Of a stretch of DNA of 64,000 nucleotides, positions 10,146 through 19,492 are shown in pieces; within the stretch, counting starts at the first letter, position 1, and each line of letters starts with the position of its first letter. The stretch covers positions 1,504,001 to 1,568,000 of the forward strand of contig OZ244960.1 of NCBI GenBank assembly GCA_965222605.1, read 5' to 3'. The notes beneath the pieces are model-generated. The model saw nothing but the letters and a program-made list of their open reading frames with translations, had not been told where the DNA came from and did not search any database. Source of the stretch: Candidatus Latescibacterota bacterium. Its GTDB lineage: Bacteria > Latescibacterota > UBA2968. Position numbers and translations under genes: made by a program.

Positions 10146-10817
10146 ATGCGAACATTCACACTCTGCACGCTTGTTTTCGCGCTAATATGCGGGCAGGCCA
10201 CCGCGGAAAAATCGCCTAAAACAGCCTTTTTTCTTTCATTGCTCGTACCGGGTTTGGGTGAATTATATGCCGGGGCTAAAATGCGCGCAGTCGGGTTTAT
10301 GGGCGCAGAAGCCCTCACCTGGACCGCCTATGTCTCATGGCGAGGCAAAGGCAATGATATTAAGGGAGAATTTCGAGCGTATGCCGATCGGCATTGGCAG
10401 GAAGCGCAGTACAGCGCCTGGCGGGAATGGAACAAAAGTCAGCCCGAACCGTATTACGAAACCCATGCCCTGCCCTCAAAAAGTGAAGACACGCAGCAGT
10501 ATTACGAACTCATTGGCAAATACCATCAGTTTGTCTATGGCTGGGACGATGTGACGGCTGACTTTTCCACCGATAACAAGAATGTGCCATCGTCCCGCAG
10601 GCAGGACTATGAAACCCGTCGCAACGACAGCAACAAATACCTCAAGCGCGCGTCACTTGCCACTGGCCTGGCCGTACTCAACCACATAGCAAGTGCCATA
10701 CACGCCTCGGCCTATACGCGCGCGCTCCAAAAACAGACCGGGCCGAGCTTGTGGATCGACATCACGCCGGTCGATAGCCATGGGCGGTCCATGATTGAAT
10801 TGAAAACGAGATTTTAA
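10146..10817 (+). CDS. DUF5683-like exported/membrane protein
   Basis: Signal peptide then KSPKTAFFLSLLVPGLGELYAG; QQYYELIGKY. Confidence 0.65.
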   Translation: MRTFTLCTLVFALICGQATAEKSPKTAFFLSLLVPGLGELYAGAKMRAVGFMGAEALTWTAYVSWRGKGNDIKGEFRAYADRHWQEAQYSAWREWNKSQPEPYYETHALPSKSEDTQQYYELIGKYHQFVYGWDDVTADFSTDNKNVPSSRRQDYETRRNDSNKYLKRASLATGLAVLNHIASAIHASAYTRALQKQTGPSLWIDITPVDSHGRSMIELKTRF

Positions 10818-10822
10818 GCATC

Positions 10823-11446
10823 ATGAAAACACCATCTCAAATCCTGATCGTCTGTGCCTGTTTGCTCGCGCCATCTGCCGCAATCGCACAAGAAGCGAAA
10901 TCACCCAAAAAAGCCGCCTTTTTATCGATTCTCTTACCCGGCCTGGGCGAGAGGTATGCGGGCGGACGAAAATCCGCGAAATTTTTCCTCTTCACCGAAG
11001 GCATGTTCTGGACGGGATTATTTGCATTTCAAAAACTCAACACCACGCGAGAAAACACCTTTCGCGCTTATGCCGCGGCACGCGCTGGCGCAGCCACGGA
11101 CAAAAAACCCAACTCCCATTACGACCACCTGTCCAGCTACAACAGCATCTACGACTACAACGCCCGACTGCTATATGTCGAAGGCACATCGGCCAACCCA
11201 CTGCCAGAAACACCTGAAAACTTTTGGGAGTGGGATTCGCCAACTTCCCGCGAACACTTCCGAGAACTGCGAAGCAAAGCCACCTGGGCACGCACACGCG
11301 GCTTTCTCTTTGTGGGCGCACTTATCTTCAACCGCTTTGCCAGCGCGTTAAATGCCGCCAACATCGCCACCAAAACCCGCCCCATTGCAACCGTCTCCCC
11401 CAATACCTCTGGGGACTTGCAGGTACAATTTCTGGTTCGGTTTTAA
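10823..11446 (+). CDS. DUF5683-like exported/membrane protein, paralog of the upstream gene
   Basis: KSPKKAAFLSILLPGLGERYAG; C-terminal RF like its neighbour. Confidence 0.65.
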   Translation: MKTPSQILIVCACLLAPSAAIAQEAKSPKKAAFLSILLPGLGERYAGGRKSAKFFLFTEGMFWTGLFAFQKLNTTRENTFRAYAAARAGAATDKKPNSHYDHLSSYNSIYDYNARLLYVEGTSANPLPETPENFWEWDSPTSREHFRELRSKATWARTRGFLFVGALIFNRFASALNAANIATKTRPIATVSPNTSGDLQVQFLVRF

Positions 11447-11448
11447 CA

Positions 11449-12975
11449 ATGTCTCCGCCAACAACTCCCAAACGCAATTTGCGTTGTATTTTTTTTACTA
11501 TTGCATGCTGCATTGCTCTTTCTTGCATCACAGCGCACGCCCAACCCATCCCCCAGAGCGGAACCCACCTGATACCACGCCATACCGCACCCTACCGCCC
11601 CGCAACCAAAATACCCTTCTCCACGCCTTTCCGTGTTGGCGATACACTCACGCTGCCCGCATACAGTTTTCAACTTGTTGGCGGCGGGAAATACCACACC
11701 ACAACAACCTGTCGCTATGTGGGCGACCACTGTTACATTTTTGTAGAAGATGACATGTGGAACACCCCGCGCGTAACACAATCGGGCATTGAATCCCTCG
11801 CACGCGCGTTTGATCATTCCACCGCACGCCATCCCGATCGCGGCATTTACGAGACAGTCACCGACCTCTTTGGCGATCCCCCGGATGTCGATGCCGATCC
11901 CCGCATACTCATCCTCGTACTCGACGTGCTCGACAGTCCAATCACAGGCATCACATTTGTCGGTTATATCGATACCGACAACGAATTCCCGCCCGTCTCG
12001 CGCGAAATCATTTATATTGACGCCCGTCCCCTCGACATTGACAGCAACCTCGCACGAGCCACACTCGCTCACGAATTTCAGCACCTGATCCACTGGAAAG
12101 CCGATCCCGACGAAGCCAAATGGCTCGACGAAGGGTGCTCGGAATACGCCGAACTCGCTTGTGGATACAAAGATACGACAGCAGCCGCGACCGAAAATTT
12201 TCTCTCGCTCGCGGCCAATACAGACCTCACCTATTGGGAAGATCAGTTTTTTGACTTTGATCAGGCATATCTCTATATGGCGTATTTCGCACAGCGCTAT
12301 GGCGACGGCGCACTCCGAAAACTCGTCGCAGACCCGGACAGCAGCATTGCGAGCATTGACAATATTCTTCAATTGCTCAACGCGCCCGAACGCTTCGCCC
12401 ACCTCTTTGGACAATGGGCCGCGGCCATGTACCTCGACGTCGAGGGCGACCTCGGCTATCGCGCCATTGACCTGCGCCCGGTAAAGCGCGAAGTCCTCAC
12501 CGTCCCGACCAACAATCTCACGCGACGCGCCACGCGCTGGGGCATAGACTATCTCGCTCTGGGCGAAACACCCGGCCTCGCCTTCACAATTAAATCCACA
12601 GGTGACAACGATCTCCTCGTCACACTCATCGCCGAAGGGGATACCCCCTTTGCTGCGCCGATCCCCGTTTCAGCCACACAGAGCAAACGCATTCACACAT
12701 CTGGCACTATTGCCAGAAGCCTCGCCATCACCTCCACATCTGGCACAGCAATCGGTTACACCCTCTCCGTATCTGAACTCGCGTCCGGTCCCGCAGCCGC
12801 AGACTTTGACGGCGACGGTGAAATAGGCTTCTCGGACTTCCTCGCCTTTGTCTCGGGCTTTGGCAAAACCGCAGGCGACGTTGGCTTCGACCCCACCTTT
12901 GACCTCGACGGCGACCTCCAGGTCGCGTTCTCGGACTTCCTCATTTTTGTCCAAAACTTCGGCGCAGACTTTTAG
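11449..12975 (+). CDS. Secreted HEXXH metallopeptidase (M30/hyicolysin-like) with C-terminal EF-hand/dockerin-like repeat
   Basis: Signal peptide; TLAHEFQHLIH, WLDEGCSEYA; DFDGDGEIGFSDF and DLDGDLQVAFSDF; start set at ATG 11449. Confidence 0.75.
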   Translation: MSPPTTPKRNLRCIFFTIACCIALSCITAHAQPIPQSGTHLIPRHTAPYRPATKIPFSTPFRVGDTLTLPAYSFQLVGGGKYHTTTTCRYVGDHCYIFVEDDMWNTPRVTQSGIESLARAFDHSTARHPDRGIYETVTDLFGDPPDVDADPRILILVLDVLDSPITGITFVGYIDTDNEFPPVSREIIYIDARPLDIDSNLARATLAHEFQHLIHWKADPDEAKWLDEGCSEYAELACGYKDTTAAATENFLSLAANTDLTYWEDQFFDFDQAYLYMAYFAQRYGDGALRKLVADPDSSIASIDNILQLLNAPERFAHLFGQWAAAMYLDVEGDLGYRAIDLRPVKREVLTVPTNNLTRRATRWGIDYLALGETPGLAFTIKSTGDNDLLVTLIAEGDTPFAAPIPVSATQSKRIHTSGTIARSLAITSTSGTAIGYTLSVSELASGPAAADFDGDGEIGFSDFLAFVSGFGKTAGDVGFDPTFDLDGDLQVAFSDFLIFVQNFGADF

Positions 12976-13001
12976 CAGTTAAAAAAACGAAAGGTACTCC
13001 C

Positions 13002-14594
13002 ATGCCAATTACTACCCTTATTCACTCAGGCAAGATCATCGACGGCACCGGCAACCCCTGGTTCTACGGCGATATCGCTCTGGAAAACGGCAAAATATCC
13101 GCCATCGAACCACCGGGGACCATCCCCCGCGATGGAATCGGCGAAATCGTCGATGCGGCCGGTCACATCGTCTGTCCCGGCTTTATCGACATACAGAGCC
13201 ACTCCATCGTCCCACTGATGCGCGACGGCCGATGCCTCTCCAAAATCACCCAGGGCATCACGACCGAAATCATGGGTGAAGCGTGGACACCAGCACCTGT
13301 TGGCGGCTCCAACACCCTCTCGCGATCTCTACCCAAAAACTGGCGGGAACGCGCGCGGAACTGGCATCGCTTCGGCAACTGGCTCGACGCCATGATCGAA
13401 GCCGGCGTCTCGCCCAACGTAGGATCCTTCCTGGGCGCGGGCACCCTGCGCTCGCTGGCAATGGGCATGCGAATGGGCGAGCCGACCCCCGACGAAATGA
13501 AAGATATGCACCGCATCATGGCCGAATCCATGGAAGACGGCGCCTTCGGTCCCTCCTACGCCCTCATCTACCCGCCGGACACATATACCAGCACAGACGA
13601 AATCGTCGAAATCTGCAAGACAGCGGCGCGGCACGGCGGTATCTACATCACCCACATCCGGTCCGAGGCCGACAAACTTCTCGAGGCCCTGGACGAAGCC
13701 ATCGAAATCGGACAGCGCGCCAACATCCCGGTCGAAATCTACCACCTCAAGGCCGTCGCCGAGCGCAACTACCCCAAAATACACCGGGTCATTGAGCGCG
13801 TGAACCAGGTACGCGCCGAGGGCCTCGACGTCACCGCCGATATGTATCCCTACCCCGCCAGCGGCACTGGCCTGGCCACTGTCCTGCCCACCTGGGTGGC
13901 TGCAGACGGCAAGTTCTTCGACAACCTGCGCGACCCCGACATTCGCGCAAAAATCGTCTCCGAAGTCAAAGGCGTCCGCGGCGAAATTCCCCGCCGCCCC
14001 GACCAGATCGCTCCAGTCGCGTTCACCAAACCCGAGAACCAACAGTACATCGGCAAGCGCCTCTCTGAGATTGCCGAGATGCGCGATCAGGACTGGGTAG
14101 AAGCCACCATCGACCTCCTGCTGTCGGAGAACCAGCGCATCTTCACCATCTACCACACCATGTCCGAAGACAACGTCCGCCTCCAACTCCAGCTCCCCTG
14201 GGTCAAGGTCTCCACAGATGCGGGCGGCGTCGATCCAGAATGGGCGGCTGCCGAGGGACCACTCCACCCGCGGTCGTACGGCACCTATCCCCGCGTCCTC
14301 GGCCGCTATGTCCGCGACGAAAAGCTCATGCCACTCGAAGAAGCCATCCTCAAAATGACCTCTTCAGTCGCCAATCGCCTCTCACTATGGGACCGCGGGC
14401 GTCTGCAGCCCGGCTGCTGGGCCGATGTCGTCGTCTTTGACCCCGACACCGTCGCCGACCACTCGACATTCGACGACACCCACCAACTCTCTATCGGCAT
14501 CCGCGACGTCTTCGTCAACGGCATCCGCGTCCTTGAAAATGGCGCACACACAGGTGCGACTCCAGGAATGTTCGTCAAAGGTCCGGGTGCGTAA
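13002..14594 (+). CDS. N-acyl-D-amino-acid deacylase (D-aminoacylase)
   Basis: IIDGTGNP, PGFIDIQSHS, HIRSE, IYHLK, DMYPY, HPRSYGTYPRVLGRYVR. Confidence 0.9.
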   Translation: MPITTLIHSGKIIDGTGNPWFYGDIALENGKISAIEPPGTIPRDGIGEIVDAAGHIVCPGFIDIQSHSIVPLMRDGRCLSKITQGITTEIMGEAWTPAPVGGSNTLSRSLPKNWRERARNWHRFGNWLDAMIEAGVSPNVGSFLGAGTLRSLAMGMRMGEPTPDEMKDMHRIMAESMEDGAFGPSYALIYPPDTYTSTDEIVEICKTAARHGGIYITHIRSEADKLLEALDEAIEIGQRANIPVEIYHLKAVAERNYPKIHRVIERVNQVRAEGLDVTADMYPYPASGTGLATVLPTWVAADGKFFDNLRDPDIRAKIVSEVKGVRGEIPRRPDQIAPVAFTKPENQQYIGKRLSEIAEMRDQDWVEATIDLLLSENQRIFTIYHTMSEDNVRLQLQLPWVKVSTDAGGVDPEWAAAEGPLHPRSYGTYPRVLGRYVRDEKLMPLEEAILKMTSSVANRLSLWDRGRLQPGCWADVVVFDPDTVADHSTFDDTHQLSIGIRDVFVNGIRVLENGAHTGATPGMFVKGPGA

Positions 14595-14635
14595 ACGGGA
14601 TCACAGCTCACTTAAACCCTTGTGAAAGACGACTA

Positions 14636-15781
14636 ATGACCGGAACAAAAAATACAGATCTGTTGCAGCGTGATTTCATCGACATGCTCAAGGCGACAGG
14701 TAGTTTGAAGAATAAGGCAATAGAACATGCCCTCCAATCGACACCAAGACATCTGTTTGTTGATCGAATCCATGCATTGGGAAAGCAGAAAGGCCTAATT
14801 GAAGTAGATCCGAGATGCCCCACCTCGAGCCAATTAGAGAGAATTTATTCCGACGAAGCTTTGCTCAGCCACATCAATCCACCAAGCTCGACATCGCAGC
14901 CTTCTCTCGTCGTTCACATGCTGGACGTTTTATCTGTTCGCGCAGGCCATCGCGTATTTGAAATTGGCGCAGGCACCGGATGGAACGCCGCTCTATTGGC
15001 CCATCTCGCAGGTCCTGACGGACATGTTGTAACGATGGATATTCAATCTGATGTCACTCGCAGGGCACGCCGTCACTTGAAGCGACAGGGCACAAAAAAT
15101 GTTAGTGTAATAACGGGTGATGCATCAAAAGGCTATGCGAAAGAAGTGCCTTTTGATCGGCTGATCACTACGGTTACGTGTCCAACCTTATTCCCTGCCT
15201 GGTGGGAGCAACTATCGCCCAAAGGCGTAATGGTATTGACGTTGAATGACTTCCCAGGTGAGAGCCAGTGCCTCATGTTGAAGTTACAAAAGCGAAAAGA
15301 TCATCTCAGTGGGAAGGTAATTTCTCTTCCTGGATTTATGGTGTTCACAGGCAGACATGGAATAACCCTTCAGTGGGGTCAGGCTCAGAAATTAGTCGAA
15401 GAATTTGCCGGAAAACGACCAGCCGCCAAAGAGCGCGCTTCCTGGGCGGATATTCTAGACGGAAGGGGAAGCTGGACTTTACGGAGGGATCTGGCGTTCT
15501 TTGCTCAACTTCAAGGATTAACCGTAATACCTATGCAGAATGCTTTTGTACTCACCACTCATAACAGATCGAATATCTGTATCATACACGAAAATCACAT
15601 AACTGCATACGGAGGAAGGGAGTGTTTCGACAAACTCAAAGAAGCGCAAACAAAATGGCTGCGTTCAGGTTCACCATCCCGCCAGGACTACTGCGTAGAA
15701 GTATGGCCGAGTACCGTCCATCAAAAAAATAGCTGGCAGCTACGCCACAAAGACGTAACCTTTATTTTTACCCTAAAATGA
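14636..15781 (+). CDS. Protein-L-isoaspartate O-methyltransferase-like SAM-dependent methyltransferase with C-terminal extension
   Basis: PRHLFV, IYSDEAL, SSTSQPSLV, EIGAGTGWNAALLA. Confidence 0.8.
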   Translation: MTGTKNTDLLQRDFIDMLKATGSLKNKAIEHALQSTPRHLFVDRIHALGKQKGLIEVDPRCPTSSQLERIYSDEALLSHINPPSSTSQPSLVVHMLDVLSVRAGHRVFEIGAGTGWNAALLAHLAGPDGHVVTMDIQSDVTRRARRHLKRQGTKNVSVITGDASKGYAKEVPFDRLITTVTCPTLFPAWWEQLSPKGVMVLTLNDFPGESQCLMLKLQKRKDHLSGKVISLPGFMVFTGRHGITLQWGQAQKLVEEFAGKRPAAKERASWADILDGRGSWTLRRDLAFFAQLQGLTVIPMQNAFVLTTHNRSNICIIHENHITAYGGRECFDKLKEAQTKWLRSGSPSRQDYCVEVWPSTVHQKNSWQLRHKDVTFIFTLK

Positions 15782-15804
15782 CATGGACGCAGACAGACCA
15801 AAAC

Positions 15805-16722
15805 CTATGTGATCACACCGCGCTTGCGAAGCATATCATCCACCTTATCATCGCCTGTCGCTTTGTCGGCAAAGTTGAACTCCGATTCCGCATTGAGCAG
15901 CAACTCAATCACCCCGGCGTAATCGGCATCTGGAACGGGATGATTTGCCAGAAAATACATCGTTGAACCAAGTGCCGTACCACCAAAATCATTTTTCAGC
16001 GCAACAGAAGCCCCGTCCCCCAGAAGCATCTCGACCGTATCTCTCCGACCGCGTTGTGATGCCAACACCAACCCCGTATTATTTGCCCCACCCTTTGCGT
16101 CTATATCCACGCCACGTTTGAGAAGACATTCTGCCACCTCGGTATGTCCATACTTGCAAGCGCACCAAAATGCTTCTTCCAACTCTCTGCTGGATATACC
16201 TCCCTTATCGACGAATCTCTCGACCAGTTCAAGCTCTCCCAAACCAGCAGCGATTTCGACATTCATGATCCGTGCACCGCATTCAAGAAGAGCCTGAACC
16301 GACTCGGGATACTCAAAACCAAGCGCGAGCCTCAAAGGTTCACCATCTCCCATTATTCCATCTACTCTGGCACCTGCATTGACGAATACTCTCACAAGCT
16401 CAGCGGCAACCCCTGATTTATGTGGATGAAAACTGGTCACCAACGACACAAGAGGTGTAGTCCCCGACTTCCCATCCAGAAAAGTAGCATCTATTTCGGC
16501 ACCGGCATCAATGAGTATATTTGCGACATCGACAGCATTAGCCGGTGTACTCTGCCGTTCATCTTCCACACCATTTGCCGCCACATAGTGGATCAACATC
16601 GCTCTATGCGCTCTGGATGATCGCATGCGAATCAGATCAGGTTCCTGCTTAAGTAGCGATTTAAGCGTCTCCGTATCGCCGGAAATCACGGCATCAACTG
16701 CTTCCTCAAATTCCTTAGCCAT
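15805..16722 (-). CDS. Ankyrin repeat protein
   Basis: Repeats such as AFWCACKYGHTEVAECLLKRGVDID and GLVLASQRGRRDTVEMLL. Confidence 0.85.
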   Translation of the reverse strand: MAKEFEEAVDAVISGDTETLKSLLKQEPDLIRMRSSRAHRAMLIHYVAANGVEDERQSTPANAVDVANILIDAGAEIDATFLDGKSGTTPLVSLVTSFHPHKSGVAAELVRVFVNAGARVDGIMGDGEPLRLALGFEYPESVQALLECGARIMNVEIAAGLGELELVERFVDKGGISSRELEEAFWCACKYGHTEVAECLLKRGVDIDAKGGANNTGLVLASQRGRRDTVEMLLGDGASVALKNDFGGTALGSTMYFLANHPVPDADYAGVIELLLNAESEFNFADKATGDDKVDDMLRKRGVIT

Positions 16723-16825
16723 CTTTATTAACCCTTTTTAGACGTCCAACGGTTAGAATTGCAAAATCGGTCGAGGTTTGCGATATTATGCAATATGTCT
16801 GATCAATGTATAAAGGGAATTCAAA

Positions 16826-17026
16826 ATGAAATTCGACCGTATAACCTTTGATCCCAAAATCATGGGGGGACGCGCGTGTATCCGCGGCATGCGCGTAACG
16901 GTTTCTCTTTTGGTCAATTTGGTTGCAAATCGCCTATCAACAGAAGAAATTCTTGAAGCTTATCCCTATCTTGAAGCCGAAGATATTCAACAAGCACTGC
17001 AATACGCTGTGCAAAAAACCTTATAA
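16826..17026 (+). CDS. DUF433 family antitoxin-like protein
   Basis: RITFDPKIMGGRACIRGMRVTV...EEILEAYPYLEAEDIQQAL. Confidence 0.9.
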   Translation: MKFDRITFDPKIMGGRACIRGMRVTVSLLVNLVANRLSTEEILEAYPYLEAEDIQQALQYAVQKTL

Positions 17027-17038
17027 TACGGTGAACCT

Positions 17039-17272
17039 ATGAAAACAATTCAAATGGAAATTGACGAGGATCTATTGGCCGAAGTTGAACGTGCGATCAG
17101 AGAAAGCGGTACAACCCGATCTGAATTTATTTGCAATTCACTCAGATTGGTACTCAGAGATTCGCTCATACCGGCGTTAGAAAAAAAACATCGAGAGGGA
17201 TATAAAAAACACCCCGTGACAGAAGGTGAATTTGACGTCTGGGAAACAGAACAAGTTTGGGGTGATCAATGA
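17039..17272 (+). CDS. Ribbon-helix-helix (CopG) antitoxin
   Basis: MKTIQMEIDEDLLAEVE...TRSEFI; overlaps the MazF-type gene by ATGA. Confidence 0.85.
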   Translation: MKTIQMEIDEDLLAEVERAIRESGTTRSEFICNSLRLVLRDSLIPALEKKHREGYKKHPVTEGEFDVWETEQVWGDQ

Positions 17273-17592
17273 ATCGAGGAGATGTTTACTGGTACACATT
17301 TAAGCAACCAGACAAACGCCGTCCAGTACTAATCCTCACCCGCACCTCTGCTATATCTCACCTTACATCTATTACCGTAGCACCACTTACCACAGCGATT
17401 CGCGGCATTCCCACAGAGGTCATCTTGACTCCTGACGATGGAGTAGAAACAGCCTGTGCAGTGAATCTCGACAATCTTCAGACCATTTCCAAAAGCAACA
17501 TCGGTGCTTTCATCACTCGTCTGCCTACTGCAAAGATGCACGAAGTTCGTCTTGCTATTTCTTTTGCGTTAGGATTTGATGCTCTGACGTAG
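17269..17592 (+). CDS. mazF: PemK/MazF family toxin
   Basis: MNRGDVYW...DKRRPVLIL...VAPLTT...NLDNLQTI. Confidence 0.9.
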   Translation: MNRGDVYWYTFKQPDKRRPVLILTRTSAISHLTSITVAPLTTAIRGIPTEVILTPDDGVETACAVNLDNLQTISKSNIGAFITRLPTAKMHEVRLAISFALGFDALT

Positions 17593-17597
17593 ATTAT

Positions 17598-18272
17598 TCA
17601 CACCCCTTCATCCCTCACCACTTCCCCATCGAGCAGATGCACAATGCGTTTGCTATAGCCCGCCCACTTTTCAGAATGCGTCACCTGCACAATCGTTGTC
17701 CCTCCTTCGTGCAACCTGGTGAACAAATTCATCACATGTTCGCCCTGCGTCGAATTTAAGTTTCCAGTAGGTTCATCAGCCAGGATCACGCGCGGTTTAA
17801 TCACAACGGCGCGCGCAACACCTACGCGCTGTTGTTCGCCGCCAGACAATTGGTGGGGAAACAAATCCTTCTTTTCCACCAGATCAAACTCATCCAGCAT
17901 CGTATTCACCATCTCCTCGCGTTCATCGCTCTTCACCTTTTTGTATAACAAAGGCGTCTCGATATTTCCGTACACGGTCAGTTCGTCAATCAAATGATAG
18001 CTCTGAAACACAAAGCCGATATTGTTTTTGTGACAATCCGACCGCTCGCGCTCGCGCATCTTATGCACGGCTTTGCCATCAAACAAGTATTCCCCTCTAT
18101 TCGCCGAATCCAGCATACCCATAATGTGCAACAAAGTGGATTTACCAGATCCAGAAGGCCCCATAATGGACACAAACTCCTCGGACGAAATCTCCAGATC
18201 AATCCCCTGCAACACAACCGTTCGAATAAAACGCGACGAATACCACTTTTGAATACCCGACATCTTAATCAT
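17598..18272 (-). CDS. ABC transporter ATP-binding protein (MacB/LolD-like)
   Basis: GPSGSGKST, GFVFQSYHL, LSGGEQQRV, LADEPTGNL, VTH; SD aggagg before ATG 18272. Confidence 0.9.
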   Translation of the reverse strand: MIKMSGIQKWYSSRFIRTVVLQGIDLEISSEEFVSIMGPSGSGKSTLLHIMGMLDSANRGEYLFDGKAVHKMRERERSDCHKNNIGFVFQSYHLIDELTVYGNIETPLLYKKVKSDEREEMVNTMLDEFDLVEKKDLFPHQLSGGEQQRVGVARAVVIKPRVILADEPTGNLNSTQGEHVMNLFTRLHEGGTTIVQVTHSEKWAGYSKRIVHLLDGEVVRDEGV

Positions 18273-18331
18273 CTCGCACCTCCTCGATAAGCTAATTCTG
18301 AACAACGGATCAAATTGTAACTCCCATCCTA

Positions 18332-18347
18332 TGCAATATTCGTGCCA
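18332..18347 (-). promoter_or_regulatory. Sigma-54 (-24/-12) promoter
   Basis: Minus strand TGGCACGAATATTGCA matches the TGGCACGN4TTGCW consensus, 60 bp upstream of the ABC ATPase start. Confidence 0.8.
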
Positions 18348-18411
18348 AAATATATATTTTATTATTTTTCAGCATGTTATCACAAAATGGCTAAATTCCA
18401 CAACGCCACAA

Positions 18412-18450
18412 GTGTCCGGTATTGATACACAGGTGTCCGAAAATGAACAC
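18412..18450. promoter_or_regulatory. Tandem imperfect palindromes, putative enhancer-binding-protein sites
   Basis: gtgtccggtattgatacac and gtgtccgaaaatgaacac, about 65-100 bp upstream of the sigma-54 site. Confidence 0.55.
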
Positions 18451-18491
18451 TTAAAACCAAATTTTTAACCGATTACTCAGACGAAAATTCA

Positions 18492-19397
18492 CTATACCTT
18501 CACCTTCAACGCACCCGGAACAACCTCAATCTTCGCGGGAATCTCACACACGGGTTCGCCATCGGCAAAAATCCACAAAGGATCATCGGACTCAATCCGC
18601 AAAGCCCTGGTCTGCACAACACGCACAGCAGAATGACCAATATGTGCGCCGGAATACGCGCTCAAAAACATCCGCAAAACCGTCCAGCGCGAAACATCTG
18701 CCACAATGCACACATCCAGCATCCCATCATCAACAATGGCATCAGGTGCAATTTTAATCCCACTCCCATAAAAAGGCGCATTCGCCGTTGCCACCAGCAA
18801 AATACGCCCTTCAAAAACGCCAAAATCTCCTCGCAGACACACAAAAGGAGATCGATATCCAAATAGTGTTCGCAAAACTGTCAGCCCGTATGACACCGTT
18901 CCCCCCGCCTCCAAAGCCCGTGTGAGAATGTGCATTGAACCAGTCCCCTGATTCCGCATCCTTTGCGCCACCGCCGTATCGAAACCCAAACTCGCAACAG
19001 TCACAAAAAATCGGTCGCCCACTTTCCCCAGATCAATCGCGCGATCCACCCCATGCACCAGCGTATTGACCACATCCTTCACATCTCTGGGCAACCCCAA
19101 TGCCCGCGCCAAATCATTCCCGCGACCACAGGGCACAATCCCCAAAACCGCATCTGAATTTGCGAGACCATTGACCACTTCATGAACCGTCCCATCCCCC
19201 CCACACGCAGCAACCTGTCGCGCACCCCGCGCCAACACTTCTCGCGCTATCCGCTCGCAATCGCCCGGCGCCTCCGACACCATCAAATCGGAATTTACAC
19301 CGCGCTCGCGCAACAAATCCGCAACCCGCTCACCCACGCGCCTTGCACGACCGCGTCCCGAAACGGGATTTGCAATAATTGTCCAGTGATTTGACAT
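18492..19397 (-). CDS. Diacylglycerol kinase family lipid kinase (YegS/DgkB/BmrU)
   Basis: IANPVSGRG, GGDGTVHEVVNG, PCGRGNDLARALG, ANAPFYGSG, DDGMLD, FADGE. Confidence 0.9.
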   Translation of the reverse strand: MSNHWTIIANPVSGRGRARRVGERVADLLRERGVNSDLMVSEAPGDCERIAREVLARGARQVAACGGDGTVHEVVNGLANSDAVLGIVPCGRGNDLARALGLPRDVKDVVNTLVHGVDRAIDLGKVGDRFFVTVASLGFDTAVAQRMRNQGTGSMHILTRALEAGGTVSYGLTVLRTLFGYRSPFVCLRGDFGVFEGRILLVATANAPFYGSGIKIAPDAIVDDGMLDVCIVADVSRWTVLRMFLSAYSGAHIGHSAVRVVQTRALRIESDDPLWIFADGEPVCEIPAKIEVVPGALKVKV

Positions 19398-19492
19398 AAG
19401 CTCAAAAAGAAAACTCACCTCTCTATGAGATGAGTCAATAAATAATGCATCTAAATGGTTCTCCTCATCGGGAAATTCTTCGCAGAGAGAAC

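Noticed and set aside
13329-14267. 312-aa minus-strand ORF; similar ones at 8262-9107, 11443-12414 and 36031-37044
   Set aside because: Antisense shadows of well-supported GC-rich genes.
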